From a virus (taxonomy: Duplodnaviria; Heunggongvirae; Uroviricota; Caudoviricetes), in IMG/VR virus record IMGVR_UViG_3300045996_000852, positions 64,001-128,000 of that record: a stretch of DNA of 64,000 bases; one strand, 5' to 3'. Position 1 is the stretch's first letter, and the number at the start of each line of letters is the position of its first letter. Both the position numbers and the translations under genes were made by a program. Under the pieces are notes generated by a model, which saw only the letters and a list, made by a program, of their open reading frames with translations, searched no databases and was not told the DNA's origin. Shown piece after piece: positions 43,784-52,308 of this stretch.

Positions 43784-43814
43784 AAAAAAGGGTACAGTGG
43801 TTAGCTGTACCCTT
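43784..43814 (-). terminator. intrinsic terminator
   Basis: AAGGGTACAG/CTGTACCCTT stem followed by a U-run. Confidence 0.8.
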
Positions 43815-43839
43815 AAGATTTACTACTTAAACTACACTA

Positions 43840-44226
43840 TTATTGCAGCATTGCTGTAAGTTCCTCAATGCTCTTGTTTTGTAATTCACCTTCTTTCTTA
43901 GCTTGGATAAGTTCCATAATCTTTTGATTATGCTCTTTCTTCTGCTTCTCATCACGTAAAGCCTTAGCTTCTTCCTGCTTAGTAACATAAATATCCTTTG
44001 CAATGTCGAAACGGAGTTGGTTCTCTGCATCTACTTTTGTAGGAATTGTGTCACTCAGGAAGCTCAGTTCATCATCCAAGTTAGAACTTTTCAGTTCAGT
44101 TTTGATAGAACGAACCAGCGTAGCAAGCTGAGTCTGGTTCAAATCCCATAATTGTTCTACTGACAATACACCTTTGTTTGTGTTGAATCTCAGTTTCAAC
44201 TGACTGGCTTTTTTAAAGTTGTCCAT
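43840..44226 (-). CDS. conserved phage hypothetical protein
   Basis: KASQLKLRF...GVLSVEQLWDL; coiled C-terminus. Confidence 0.7.
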   Translation of the reverse strand: MDNFKKASQLKLRFNTNKGVLSVEQLWDLNQTQLATLVRSIKTELKSSNLDDELSFLSDTIPTKVDAENQLRFDIAKDIYVTKQEEAKALRDEKQKKEHNQKIMELIQAKKEGELQNKSIEELTAMLQ

Positions 44227-44258
44227 TTTTGACTTTTTAAATTGTTAGAATTTTGATT

Positions 44259-46448
44259 TTATATTGTGTTTGCTAAGGCTTTCTTCTTAGTCTCAGATTT
44301 GGTATCCAATCCCTCGAATCTAACCTTAACTACCCTCTTGTGAGTTCCCTGTAACCTGAGAATTACTTCATCTTTTACAGTGGCATTGAAACCTAAGCCT
44401 GATAATTGCTTACCAGTAGGCTCTACCATTGTCTGTGTTCCTAATACTTCCATTACCTTACGGTGTGCAAGTAATTCAGGAATCAGGTTCTCATTGTGGA
44501 AACTTCTGATAGAAAGAGGTGATTTAGCACCTTCCAACATGAAGAAGTAATGTTTGTTACCAACATTATTACCTTCCCAATGGTTAGGAGACAGGCACAC
44601 CAGATTCACCTTATGGAATTCATTAGAAGGTAATCCATAGATTTCCTTCTGTGCTCCCAATCCCTCATTTACAGAAACAGTAGAACCGTGTTCAATGGTA
44701 AATCTACCATCTTTATGAGTGACAGTTGCTATCAGGACTTTACCTGAAACAGGTCTGTTGTACTCATAGTTGTAAATTTCTCCGTCAAATTCAATCTCAG
44801 CTTTGAAACCCTGAGAGTTTCTTGCAGAGAATTGATTCACGTAGAACTTATACACACCATTTTTCAACTCTCTCTGACTCCTGAAGTAGATATTCTCTAC
44901 AGCAAGTCTACCACTTGGACTGGTATTATCCAAATCCAATTGACCACCACAAGAAGTAAATGCACCTCCACGATCTTTCCTGTAGCCTGTGTTATATCCT
45001 ATTTGGACATTATCAGGCTGTGTACACCATGCATCCAAATCAGAATTATCACGACCATCACCATCATTCCATATCTGAGAGAATCTGAGTACACCTTCTA
45101 CATTACCACCTCTGGATTTAACAGCCTCTTTAATCTGTGATTTACCAGCCAAATTACCATTAAATGTCCAAGAGAAATTGTTATTCCACTTGAATATAGG
45201 CTTGGAATTAGGATTGTTAGCTGTCGTCAGAGATACCATGTTTCCTTCCTGCTGAGAAGTGAGGAAAGCCTCAATTCCAGTACAGGTAGGTAGTATATCC
45301 TTCATAAACTTCTCAATACTAACCTCTTCCACCTTATCAAATTCACTCCTCTTATGTCTGGTAGATGTAGACTTCACATTGTCAAATACAGAAACTTTCT
45401 TAAGTTTACCATCCCCTGTATTAGCATGAAGTATCTCATTTACTTTAATATCATCTATTGTAGCAAATCTCCTGTCGAATGATTCTTCATAACCATTCTC
45501 TTCCACGAACTTCTTAGCTTCTTCAATTTGCTTCTTAGTGATAGGAGCAATGGCTTTCATGTAATTAGCAGGGTCAACCCTTTTGTTCCATGCCTGACAA
45601 GCATCATTTAGTTCCTTACCTTCAGAAAGCTCCGAGCATAGTACACCAATCAGTTCATTTTTGAACTTGGCGAATGGTAATTTGTAACTGTTATTCCAGC
45701 ACCAGTTATCCCTGTCTTTCTTAGCAAGCTCATCATACTCTTTCTTCAAAGGGATGAATTGCTCTACTTTGTAAAGATGGGTAGTACCATCCAACAAACT
45801 ACCTTGGTTAATCAGGTCTTTTACCAGATATAATGTATCCAAAGAGATTTCTTCCATAGCTCTTTGAAACACATTCTTGGCATCCCTGTATTCACCCATG
45901 ATAGACTCTACAGATTTACCCGTTTGGTCCACGAATGAGGTAGGTATATCAACATGAAGGTGGTCGAAGGTTCTGATCTCTCCCTCTTTAACAACACCAA
46001 ACTTCTCAGCCTCTTCTTTATTATACTGCTTGTGATTCTTGTCTATACCAAGACGGAATACAGTATTTGTTTTCTTACATTTCTCGTAATTGAGTCCGTT
46101 AAGTTCAGTGAAAGTTTCGAAGAATACATCCTGAATCTTTGCAGCTTTCAGTTTGGCTGATATAGCTGCTACTACAGGCTTGAATTCTCCTTCTATTTCC
46201 ACATCCCAAATTGTCATAATCTTATTATCAGGAGATATAGCAACGATGTTACCATACCTACGAATAAAATTATTACACAAATTACAATTGTGTGTAGTGC
46301 TGTTTGGGTCACGGAAGATAGGGTCATCCTCGAAAGATTCCAGATATGTCTTCCATACCTCAGAACCCGGAATGCTACTTCTGAACAGCTTATTAGTTGA
46401 AGCCATCTGCTGCAACTGTTTCTGAATTTTCTTTTGTAAATCCTTCAT
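44259..46448 (-). CDS. large conserved phage protein with CxxC and a C-terminal DLD...VENI (YfaP/DUF2135-like) segment
   Basis: HNCNLCNNFIRRYG; SDLDAWC...QLDLDN...AVENIYF. Confidence 0.6.
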   Translation of the reverse strand: MKDLQKKIQKQLQQMASTNKLFRSSIPGSEVWKTYLESFEDDPIFRDPNSTTHNCNLCNNFIRRYGNIVAISPDNKIMTIWDVEIEGEFKPVVAAISAKLKAAKIQDVFFETFTELNGLNYEKCKKTNTVFRLGIDKNHKQYNKEEAEKFGVVKEGEIRTFDHLHVDIPTSFVDQTGKSVESIMGEYRDAKNVFQRAMEEISLDTLYLVKDLINQGSLLDGTTHLYKVEQFIPLKKEYDELAKKDRDNWCWNNSYKLPFAKFKNELIGVLCSELSEGKELNDACQAWNKRVDPANYMKAIAPITKKQIEEAKKFVEENGYEESFDRRFATIDDIKVNEILHANTGDGKLKKVSVFDNVKSTSTRHKRSEFDKVEEVSIEKFMKDILPTCTGIEAFLTSQQEGNMVSLTTANNPNSKPIFKWNNNFSWTFNGNLAGKSQIKEAVKSRGGNVEGVLRFSQIWNDGDGRDNSDLDAWCTQPDNVQIGYNTGYRKDRGGAFTSCGGQLDLDNTSPSGRLAVENIYFRSQRELKNGVYKFYVNQFSARNSQGFKAEIEFDGEIYNYEYNRPVSGKVLIATVTHKDGRFTIEHGSTVSVNEGLGAQKEIYGLPSNEFHKVNLVCLSPNHWEGNNVGNKHYFFMLEGAKSPLSIRSFHNENLIPELLAHRKVMEVLGTQTMVEPTGKQLSGLGFNATVKDEVILRLQGTHKRVVKVRFEGLDTKSETKKKALANTI

Positions 46449-46474
46449 GATTATTACAATTTTAAAAGGTTATT

Positions 46475-47090
46475 TTAGGCAGCTTCTAGTAATTCATCTG
46501 CATGTTCTTCACATTGTCGTTTTGTACCATCGTAAATCTTGGTCATTCGATTATTCTCTACCATTGTGAGATAATCTGTATACTCTACTGATTTTTGACT
46601 AACTACATAGCATTCTTGTGAAGTTACGTCTTGAAATACTGAATACATAATATTGGGGGAGTTTTGGTTAAGAATGTTGATTATCAATAACTATCGTGTA
46701 TAAATTTACTAAATCTGATAGAGACATCTGGTATGGTTCTTTTCCGATATTAGAAAAACTGATATTGTTTTGAGTCATTTCGTCTAATTTCTTCCACCAG
46801 TCCCATGCTTTTTCTATTTCTTCAATTTCCATAATTTAGTAATTTATGGTTGCCTTTTCTATGCTTCTTGACATAGCTTTAAATCCAGAAAACTTCTTCA
46901 AGTGGATACTGTCATCTTTTGTTACCAAAGATAAAGTGTAATCACTATTATCAACATCTACTTCATAACGTAGCTTGTTTTTAATAAGTTTATAATATAC
47001 ATTATCTGAAAACATTCGATTACTTGTATCTTCCTTCTTAAATTTATTACGTTTGAGCTTGTCTACAAGCTCTTTTCTTCTTTTGTCCAT
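46475..47090 (-). CDS. small hypothetical proteins (46475-46687, an unlisted ORF of about 54 aa, 46836-47090)
   Basis: ORFs. Confidence 0.45.
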
Positions 47091-47100
47091 ATGTATAATT

Positions 47101-47126
47101 TAAAAAGGGCTACCTTTCGATAGCCC
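47101..47126 (-). terminator. intrinsic terminator
   Basis: GGGCTA/TAGCCC stem, CGAAAG-containing loop, U-run. Confidence 0.7.
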
Positions 47127-47234
47127 CTTGTGAGTGATTCATTCAACACCTTCATCCTCTGAAGGTGGTCTACCTGAAGTTTCAGGCTGTTGGGGTTTCT
47201 GTACAGGTTCCATAGTTGATTGTTTTATGTATAG

Positions 47235-48200
47235 TTAGTCTTCCCACTTGATTGCAGGACATTCATTCTTAGCCATTTGAAATAGCAAAGCGAAAAATCC
47301 ACCTATCTTATTACCAATCTTATTCAGGAAAGCACCAGCATTCTTAAAGAATCTCTTGATTGCTTTCTTCTGTTCACATGATAATCCCGGTAATGATATA
47401 CTTAAATCTAATGTGTTTAACCATTTGAAAAACAATACAATAAGGATTATACCAATTATTACAATTAGTGTAAGTCCACCATAGGTTCCAATTTTAACCC
47501 ATTGAGAGGCTGTAAGATTTGCAAGTCCTACTACTCCAAGGTAAACAAGATACAAAACGAATAAAGCCGTAGCTGTAATAGCTACTCCCAATAGGAATTT
47601 TCCTATAGGTTTTGCTATTTTATTGATTTTGTTAATTCTTTCTTTACGAGCAATAGCTAATTGTTTTCTTTTCTCTTCCAAAGCTTCTTGTTCAGCTAGT
47701 AAAGACAAATATCTATCTCTTTGTGCTTGTCTTACTTCCTCTCGATATTTTCTGAATTGTTCAACTAAATCAGAGTCGAAATCCCAACCATAATCTAATC
47801 TTTCATAAAAATTATAGTAGTCTTTCTCGACACATACATTGTCAATTCCCCTCTTTCTGTCTGCATAATGACGGTTCCAAATAATCTTACCTATGACACT
47901 CTTAAAGAAGTCAGGGTCGGTCTTTGCTCTCGTAGCAAATTCTTTCTTTTTGGTTTCCCATTTGGAATCTTCTTTATACCTCTTATTTCTTGCCTTCTCT
48001 TTTAACCTGTCATTAAGTCCAGAGAATAATCTTCCTATCTGCCTAGCAGGGAATACTATCAAAATAAGGAAATGATTGAAAACTGACAACCAGAAATAAG
48101 GACACATATGAGAGAAATCTCTATGGTCCATATCCCATATATAATTCATCATTTTTACATGATAAGCACTCTTTTTGAGTGTAAATACATCTTTGAACAT
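47235..48200 (-). CDS. membrane protein
   Basis: One N-terminal and two C-terminal hydrophobic helices. Confidence 0.65.
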   Translation of the reverse strand: MFKDVFTLKKSAYHVKMMNYIWDMDHRDFSHMCPYFWLSVFNHFLILIVFPARQIGRLFSGLNDRLKEKARNKRYKEDSKWETKKKEFATRAKTDPDFFKSVIGKIIWNRHYADRKRGIDNVCVEKDYYNFYERLDYGWDFDSDLVEQFRKYREEVRQAQRDRYLSLLAEQEALEEKRKQLAIARKERINKINKIAKPIGKFLLGVAITATALFVLYLVYLGVVGLANLTASQWVKIGTYGGLTLIVIIGIILIVLFFKWLNTLDLSISLPGLSCEQKKAIKRFFKNAGAFLNKIGNKIGGFFALLFQMAKNECPAIKWED

Positions 48201-48249
48201 AGTAGTGTAGTTTAAGGGTACTGATATTTCTACCAGTACCCATAATGAA

Positions 48250-49059
48250 TTATTGAGTATTCTTCAGTAATGTTACTGGCATATTACCATATAAAGGTGT
48301 CTTACCATCCCATTTCTGAATGAATTGTTGCTGAAGGAGTTGTGGAGTAATACCTCTTGAGATAATAAGATTCTCCTGTGTTTGTAGTTCAGCAAGTTCA
48401 TTCCTTTTCCTCTGTTCTATAATTTGCTGGTCTAGTACAGACACGTTAGTATTTACTTCATTCCTTGTATCAATCTTTTGCTTTACTTTATCAGAGAAAT
48501 CAAGCTGTGCAGTAAATGTGATAAGTCTTAAACCTTTTTCTTCAAATGCTTTTGCGACTTGATCTCTTACAGCATTTTCAAACTTAAGAGAACCACCAGA
48601 CATCATTAAAGTATCAGTAATATATTTACGAGATTCATCCTTCATCAAGTCATATATTTTTGCTTCAAGGATGTTATTTTCTAATGCTCTCATAAAATCA
48701 TCACCAGAACCTAGATGCTTATTCTGAAATACTACATCTACAGCCCTACTTTCTACTACTTGATAAGAGTAAGAAGGCTTAGAAGTGAATTCAGTATTAT
48801 CTGCTGCTTTTAAATGTAATATACCGGGGTCTGTTTCAGCAGTATTACCAGCAAAAGATGCTCTCTGTTCCCAAAGTGGCACTTGGAACAATTCTGTTCC
48901 CCATCCCCATGTGCTAACCCTTCCTTTTACAAGAGAAAAGTCTGACTTACCATTCTTACCATAGTCCTCCATAAGGACTCCTTGATAATTAGGTGCTACT
49001 CTTTCTCCACATGAAGAAAGCATAAATACTACTGAGATTGCAAGAATTAAATTTTTCAT
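48250..49059 (-). CDS. SPFH/band-7 (prohibitin-like) lipoprotein
   Basis: Lipobox LSSC, VAPNYQGVL, coiled C-terminal region. Confidence 0.8.
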   Translation of the reverse strand: MKNLILAISVVFMLSSCGERVAPNYQGVLMEDYGKNGKSDFSLVKGRVSTWGWGTELFQVPLWEQRASFAGNTAETDPGILHLKAADNTEFTSKPSYSYQVVESRAVDVVFQNKHLGSGDDFMRALENNILEAKIYDLMKDESRKYITDTLMMSGGSLKFENAVRDQVAKAFEEKGLRLITFTAQLDFSDKVKQKIDTRNEVNTNVSVLDQQIIEQRKRNELAELQTQENLIISRGITPQLLQQQFIQKWDGKTPLYGNMPVTLLKNTQ

Positions 49060-49082
49060 TTCTGTTTTGTTTTTGGTTTGTT

Positions 49083-49968
49083 TTAAAAATTTCTGTTTCT
49101 GTTGATAGCTTTTTTGATTCTACTTTCGGTAAAAGCTATAATACCTACAAATAGTGCAACTGCAAGACCTATAGGAATCCACGGAGTTCCAAAGGTGTTG
49201 TTGTTAAATACTCTTATCAATACTTGAATAATTACAAGTAAAGATAATCCATAAACGAGTGCTCTGGTAATCATACTCTTGTTTTGAGGGTTTGTAATTC
49301 TTTTTCAATTCGACTTCTGTCAAAATCAGTAAGTGGTTCTGTACTTACATTTTCTTTAAAAGCTACATTAATAATAGCACCATCACCTGATTTTGTAGGT
49401 TTAGTACCACTCTGTAACTGAGCTTCTAATCTTTTGATAACTGTCTCTCTCCGAGACCTTTGTGCAGGTGCTCCACCTCTTCTGCTTGTGTGAATTCTAG
49501 GCTTCATTGCTTGTTTTTTATTATTAATAATTATTCAGAATCATACTTTCTTTCACTTCCCTCATCATCACCTATAGGATTTTCAAAACCATACTTGACA
49601 GCAGTGGCTTTAAACAGTGGTAATCCATACATAGGATATTCATCAAAATCTTCTAATCCTTCCTCAAGAACCCAATTCCACATCTGAACTACACTGTACA
49701 TTAATCCAGATGAAATACCTCTCTGATTGAGGGCTTTTTCGAATCCAAAAGCAACATCTTTTTCTAACTGCTTGAGGATATTTTCTTTAGTAAAAGGGAC
49801 AGGCTGATGTTTCCCTTTGTACTCCTCTTTCAATTCCATTCCCATACTGGTTATTTGTTCTTCAGTAAGGAATTGTAATAATCGTGAAATATCTCTACCA
49901 TCAAGAGTCTGACTCTTATACTGAGAGATAATTGTTTCAATTGATTTCATGTTGTTTTGATTTAGCAA
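49083..49968 (-). CDS. three small proteins (49083-49274 membrane, 49271-49507, 49531-49968)
   Basis: ORFs downstream of the promoter at 49966-49995. Confidence 0.55.
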
Positions 49969-49995
49969 ATATAGGAAAATAGTTTAAATACCAAA
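49966..49995 (-). promoter_or_regulatory. Bacteroidota promoter
   Basis: TTTG, 18-nt spacer, TATATTTG. Confidence 0.55.
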
Positions 49996-50091
49996 ATTAA
50001 AAAAGGGACCACCCGATTCTCACGGATGACCCCTTTCACAGCACTGGTACAGGCGGCTGGTTAGCCTTAGTAAATGGCAATATTTACGAAC

Positions 50092-50253
50092 TTAAAAATC
50101 ATCTTTATCTTCCTTAAAGTAAAAGTTTATAGACCAGAATAGTATCCCTATTTTTAATAACCAATAGGGATGATACCAAGATATGCATCCCGGAATATAA
50201 CATTCTCTATCTTGTCTTAACTGTACTTGAAAAGAATATAATTTTGATTTCAT
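50092..50253 (-). CDS. small hypothetical protein (53 aa)
   Basis: Manual translation MKSKLYSF...EDKDDF. Confidence 0.35.
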   Translation of the reverse strand: MKSKLYSFQVQLRQDRECYIPGCISWYHPYWLLKIGILFWSINFYFKEDKDDF

Positions 50254-50270
50254 AATGATAAAATGAATTT

Positions 50271-50380
50271 ACTACAGGGTTGCATGGGTTTTCATACGAA
50301 TAGGCTTTACTTCCATGTTATCAACTCCGGGTGTGAATTACTTCACTCCTTTCGTTTCTCAGCTTTTAGAGTCCTGTAGC
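50271..50380 (-). ncRNA. candidate structured RNA
   Basis: 8-bp closing stem, GUAA-tetraloop hairpin, CAUGG/CCAUG inner stem. Confidence 0.4.
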
Positions 50381-50395
50381 AAATAAGTTTTAAAA

Positions 50396-50497
50396 AGAAG
50401 ACAGAGCAGTATGTTTATTTGATTCTGCTATGTATTACTTTAGCACTGCCTTTAGTCATACTTCTTTCGAAGGTTCTCAGGCACTACTCTGTCTTCT
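50396..50497 (-). ncRNA. candidate structured RNA (three-way junction)
   Basis: 15-bp closing stem with a G.U pair on the minus strand, GAAA-tetraloop arm, second hairpin, trailing U-run. Confidence 0.5.
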
Positions 50498-50582
50498 CAA
50501 TGCCTTACCCACGGATGAACAGGTAAAGAACTACAGGTCTATCTCCCTGCTTGTTAGGCATCCGTTCATATTTTTCCGGGTG

Positions 50583-51039
50583 TGGAGGTGATCGGGGTCG
50601 AACCGATGTCCAAACATAATAATCAGTCGAGAGTTACGTGTGTGACTAGCTTTATCATCCCTGTCTTGGATTATCTCAGTTGTGAACTGGAAACTGTGCC
50701 TGTTTGCATAGTTATACTGTACACTCCACAGGCTGACTTCTAACAGTTACCTTTCTAAACCTCAGGTGGGTTCGGGAACTAGACTAATTCTAATTCTTCT
50801 TCTGCCACTACCTCAGCAGGGAACAGAGAAGTTAAGAAAGAATCAAGGTTTCCATCTTCTCCTACAGTCACGTTAGACTTAGCAGGAGAGTTTGCTTCAA
50901 CATTAACACTGTTAACATTAGAAGCGGCAACATTTGTGTTTGCGTTTATTTTTTGAATATTCAGATTATAGACCTAATTATCCAACGGTCTACACGCCCT
51001 CTTCCCATTACCCATGCTGTCAAAACCAAGTACACCCCC
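50583..51039 (-). ncRNA. ssrA: transfer-messenger RNA, about 457 nt, 3' CCA not encoded
   Basis: 5' GGGGGTGTACTTGGTTTTGAC; 3' GGACATCGGTTCGACCCCGATCACCTCCA; G3.U70 alanine identity pair; resume context AAAAAATAAAC-GCA. Confidence 0.93.
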
Positions 51040-51053
51040 GGGTAAATAAAGTA

Positions 51054-51085
51054 CAAATATACTAAAATATCTGTACTTTACCAAA
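51054..51085 (-). promoter_or_regulatory. Bacteroidota promoter driving the tmRNA
   Basis: TTTG, 20-nt spacer, TATATTTG, ending 14 nt upstream of the mature 5' end. Confidence 0.75.
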
Positions 51086-51090
51086 TTTAT

Positions 51091-51456
51091 TTACAAATTT
51101 GACCTATAACTGTCAGGATGGATAAAATCAATAATATCCTTGGCCTCTTTTAATCCCAAGCCTGTGATTTCCTTCATTACCTTTACTGCATTCAATTTAG
51201 AATTTCCTACCATATATTCTTTGATATGATTTATGTCCCATCTGCTAATCCTCTTAAAATCAACAGGTTGCATAATTCTTCTCAATTCTTGAGTAAATGG
51301 GTCGGAATAATCTACATCATGCTTTTTAACTTCAGTGGTATTAGCACCAAGCTCTTCCTTGAGAATCTTTATAAGTGCTGTATTGTGACCAATTTCTCTA
51401 TCAGTCTTTGGTTCTTCTATGAACATATTTAATATGCTCTTGACTTTCAATCTCAT
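51091..51456 (-). CDS. protein with a ribosomal protein bL12 (L7/L12) C-terminal-like domain
   Basis: KLNAVKVMKEITGLGLKEAKDIID. Confidence 0.75.
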   Translation of the reverse strand: MRLKVKSILNMFIEEPKTDREIGHNTALIKILKEELGANTTEVKKHDVDYSDPFTQELRRIMQPVDFKRISRWDINHIKEYMVGNSKLNAVKVMKEITGLGLKEAKDIIDFIHPDSYRSNL

Positions 51457-51469
51457 AAGAAATGTTTAA

Positions 51470-51642
51470 AATATAGCAAACAGAGACCGTGACTTAACTT
51501 GCCTGTCAATTCAGGCTAACATATGTAGGTTTGGGACACGCTGGTACTACATACGCACATGTGATGTTTAACTTCACTATTAGGGTTGCCTTCAACGTTT
51601 ACACGGTATGTAACCCACAAGCTTCACTCTGTTTGCTATATT
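51470..51642 (-). ncRNA. candidate 173-nt structured RNA or leader of the bL12-like gene
   Basis: Perfect 16-bp terminal inverted repeat enclosing several internal stems. Confidence 0.55.
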
Positions 51643-51650
51643 ATTAATGA

Positions 51651-51845
51651 TTATTGTACCTGTATAGAATATCCACAATAATTCCTGAGGAAATCTATCT
51701 TTCCACGGGAACCGATACCCACATCCCCTTTGGAGTTACCACCTTGATTCCAGATGATTCTCTTACCAGAAATGTTAATGTCATTCTTCTTGCTTAATTG
51801 AGAGAGTACTCTTGATTCTGAGTAACCTTTGTTTTCTTTGCTCAT
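51651..51845 (-). CDS. small basic hypothetical protein
   Basis: 64-aa ORF; TATATTTG element at 51868-51875 upstream. Confidence 0.55.
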   Translation of the reverse strand: MSKENKGYSESRVLSQLSKKNDINISGKRIIWNQGGNSKGDVGIGSRGKIDFLRNYCGYSIQVQ

Positions 51846-51879
51846 TTGTGTTGTAGTTTAAGTTTTACAAATATAAGAA

Positions 51880-52308
51880 CTATTTTAAGAATTCCCTCAA
51901 AGGGTCCAAAATTTTGTTTCTGTTACTATGATACCTTTCGTAATTCATACGGGATGGATGCATAAGGTATAGGATTGGCTGAGTCCTACTTCTCCAAGAA
52001 GGGGTATCGTTTTCCAAGAAATGTTTAGCTACATTACCAAGTACTATTATCTTTTTGGAATTCAATATCTTTTCAGATAATACTTGATGATAATGTAATA
52101 ACATATCTGCTGTAGAAGGTACTTTATGTCCACCTCCCTTAGCTTTACCGGGAAAATTAGCTGATACAGCTTCGAATTCAAACATTTCCTGAGCTTGTTC
52201 TTTGGATATACCACATTCTTCCAGCCATTCATATAACATTGTAGTATCATAAGGAACCTTTTGTTCCTGTGCAGGTGGAGCTTGTCCTATGATAAGTATT
52301 TTACTCAT
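51880..52308 (-). CDS. uracil-DNA glycosylase superfamily protein, not family 1
   Basis: ILIIGQAPP, KIIVLG, LMHPS. Confidence 0.7.
   Translation of the reverse strand: MSKILIIGQAPPAQEQKVPYDTTMLYEWLEECGISKEQAQEMFEFEAVSANFPGKAKGGGHKVPSTADMLLHYHQVLSEKILNSKKIIVLGNVAKHFLENDTPSWRSRTQPILYLMHPSRMNYERYHSNRNKILDPLREFLK

Noticed and set aside
50345-50365. Hammerhead-like CUGAGA...GAAA
   Set aside because: It lacks CUGANGA and has no room for stem II; no suitable NUH arrangement.
50581-50611. tRNA-like T-arm (GGTTCGAC)
   Set aside because: It is the 3' tRNA-like domain of the tmRNA; no separate tRNA was found.
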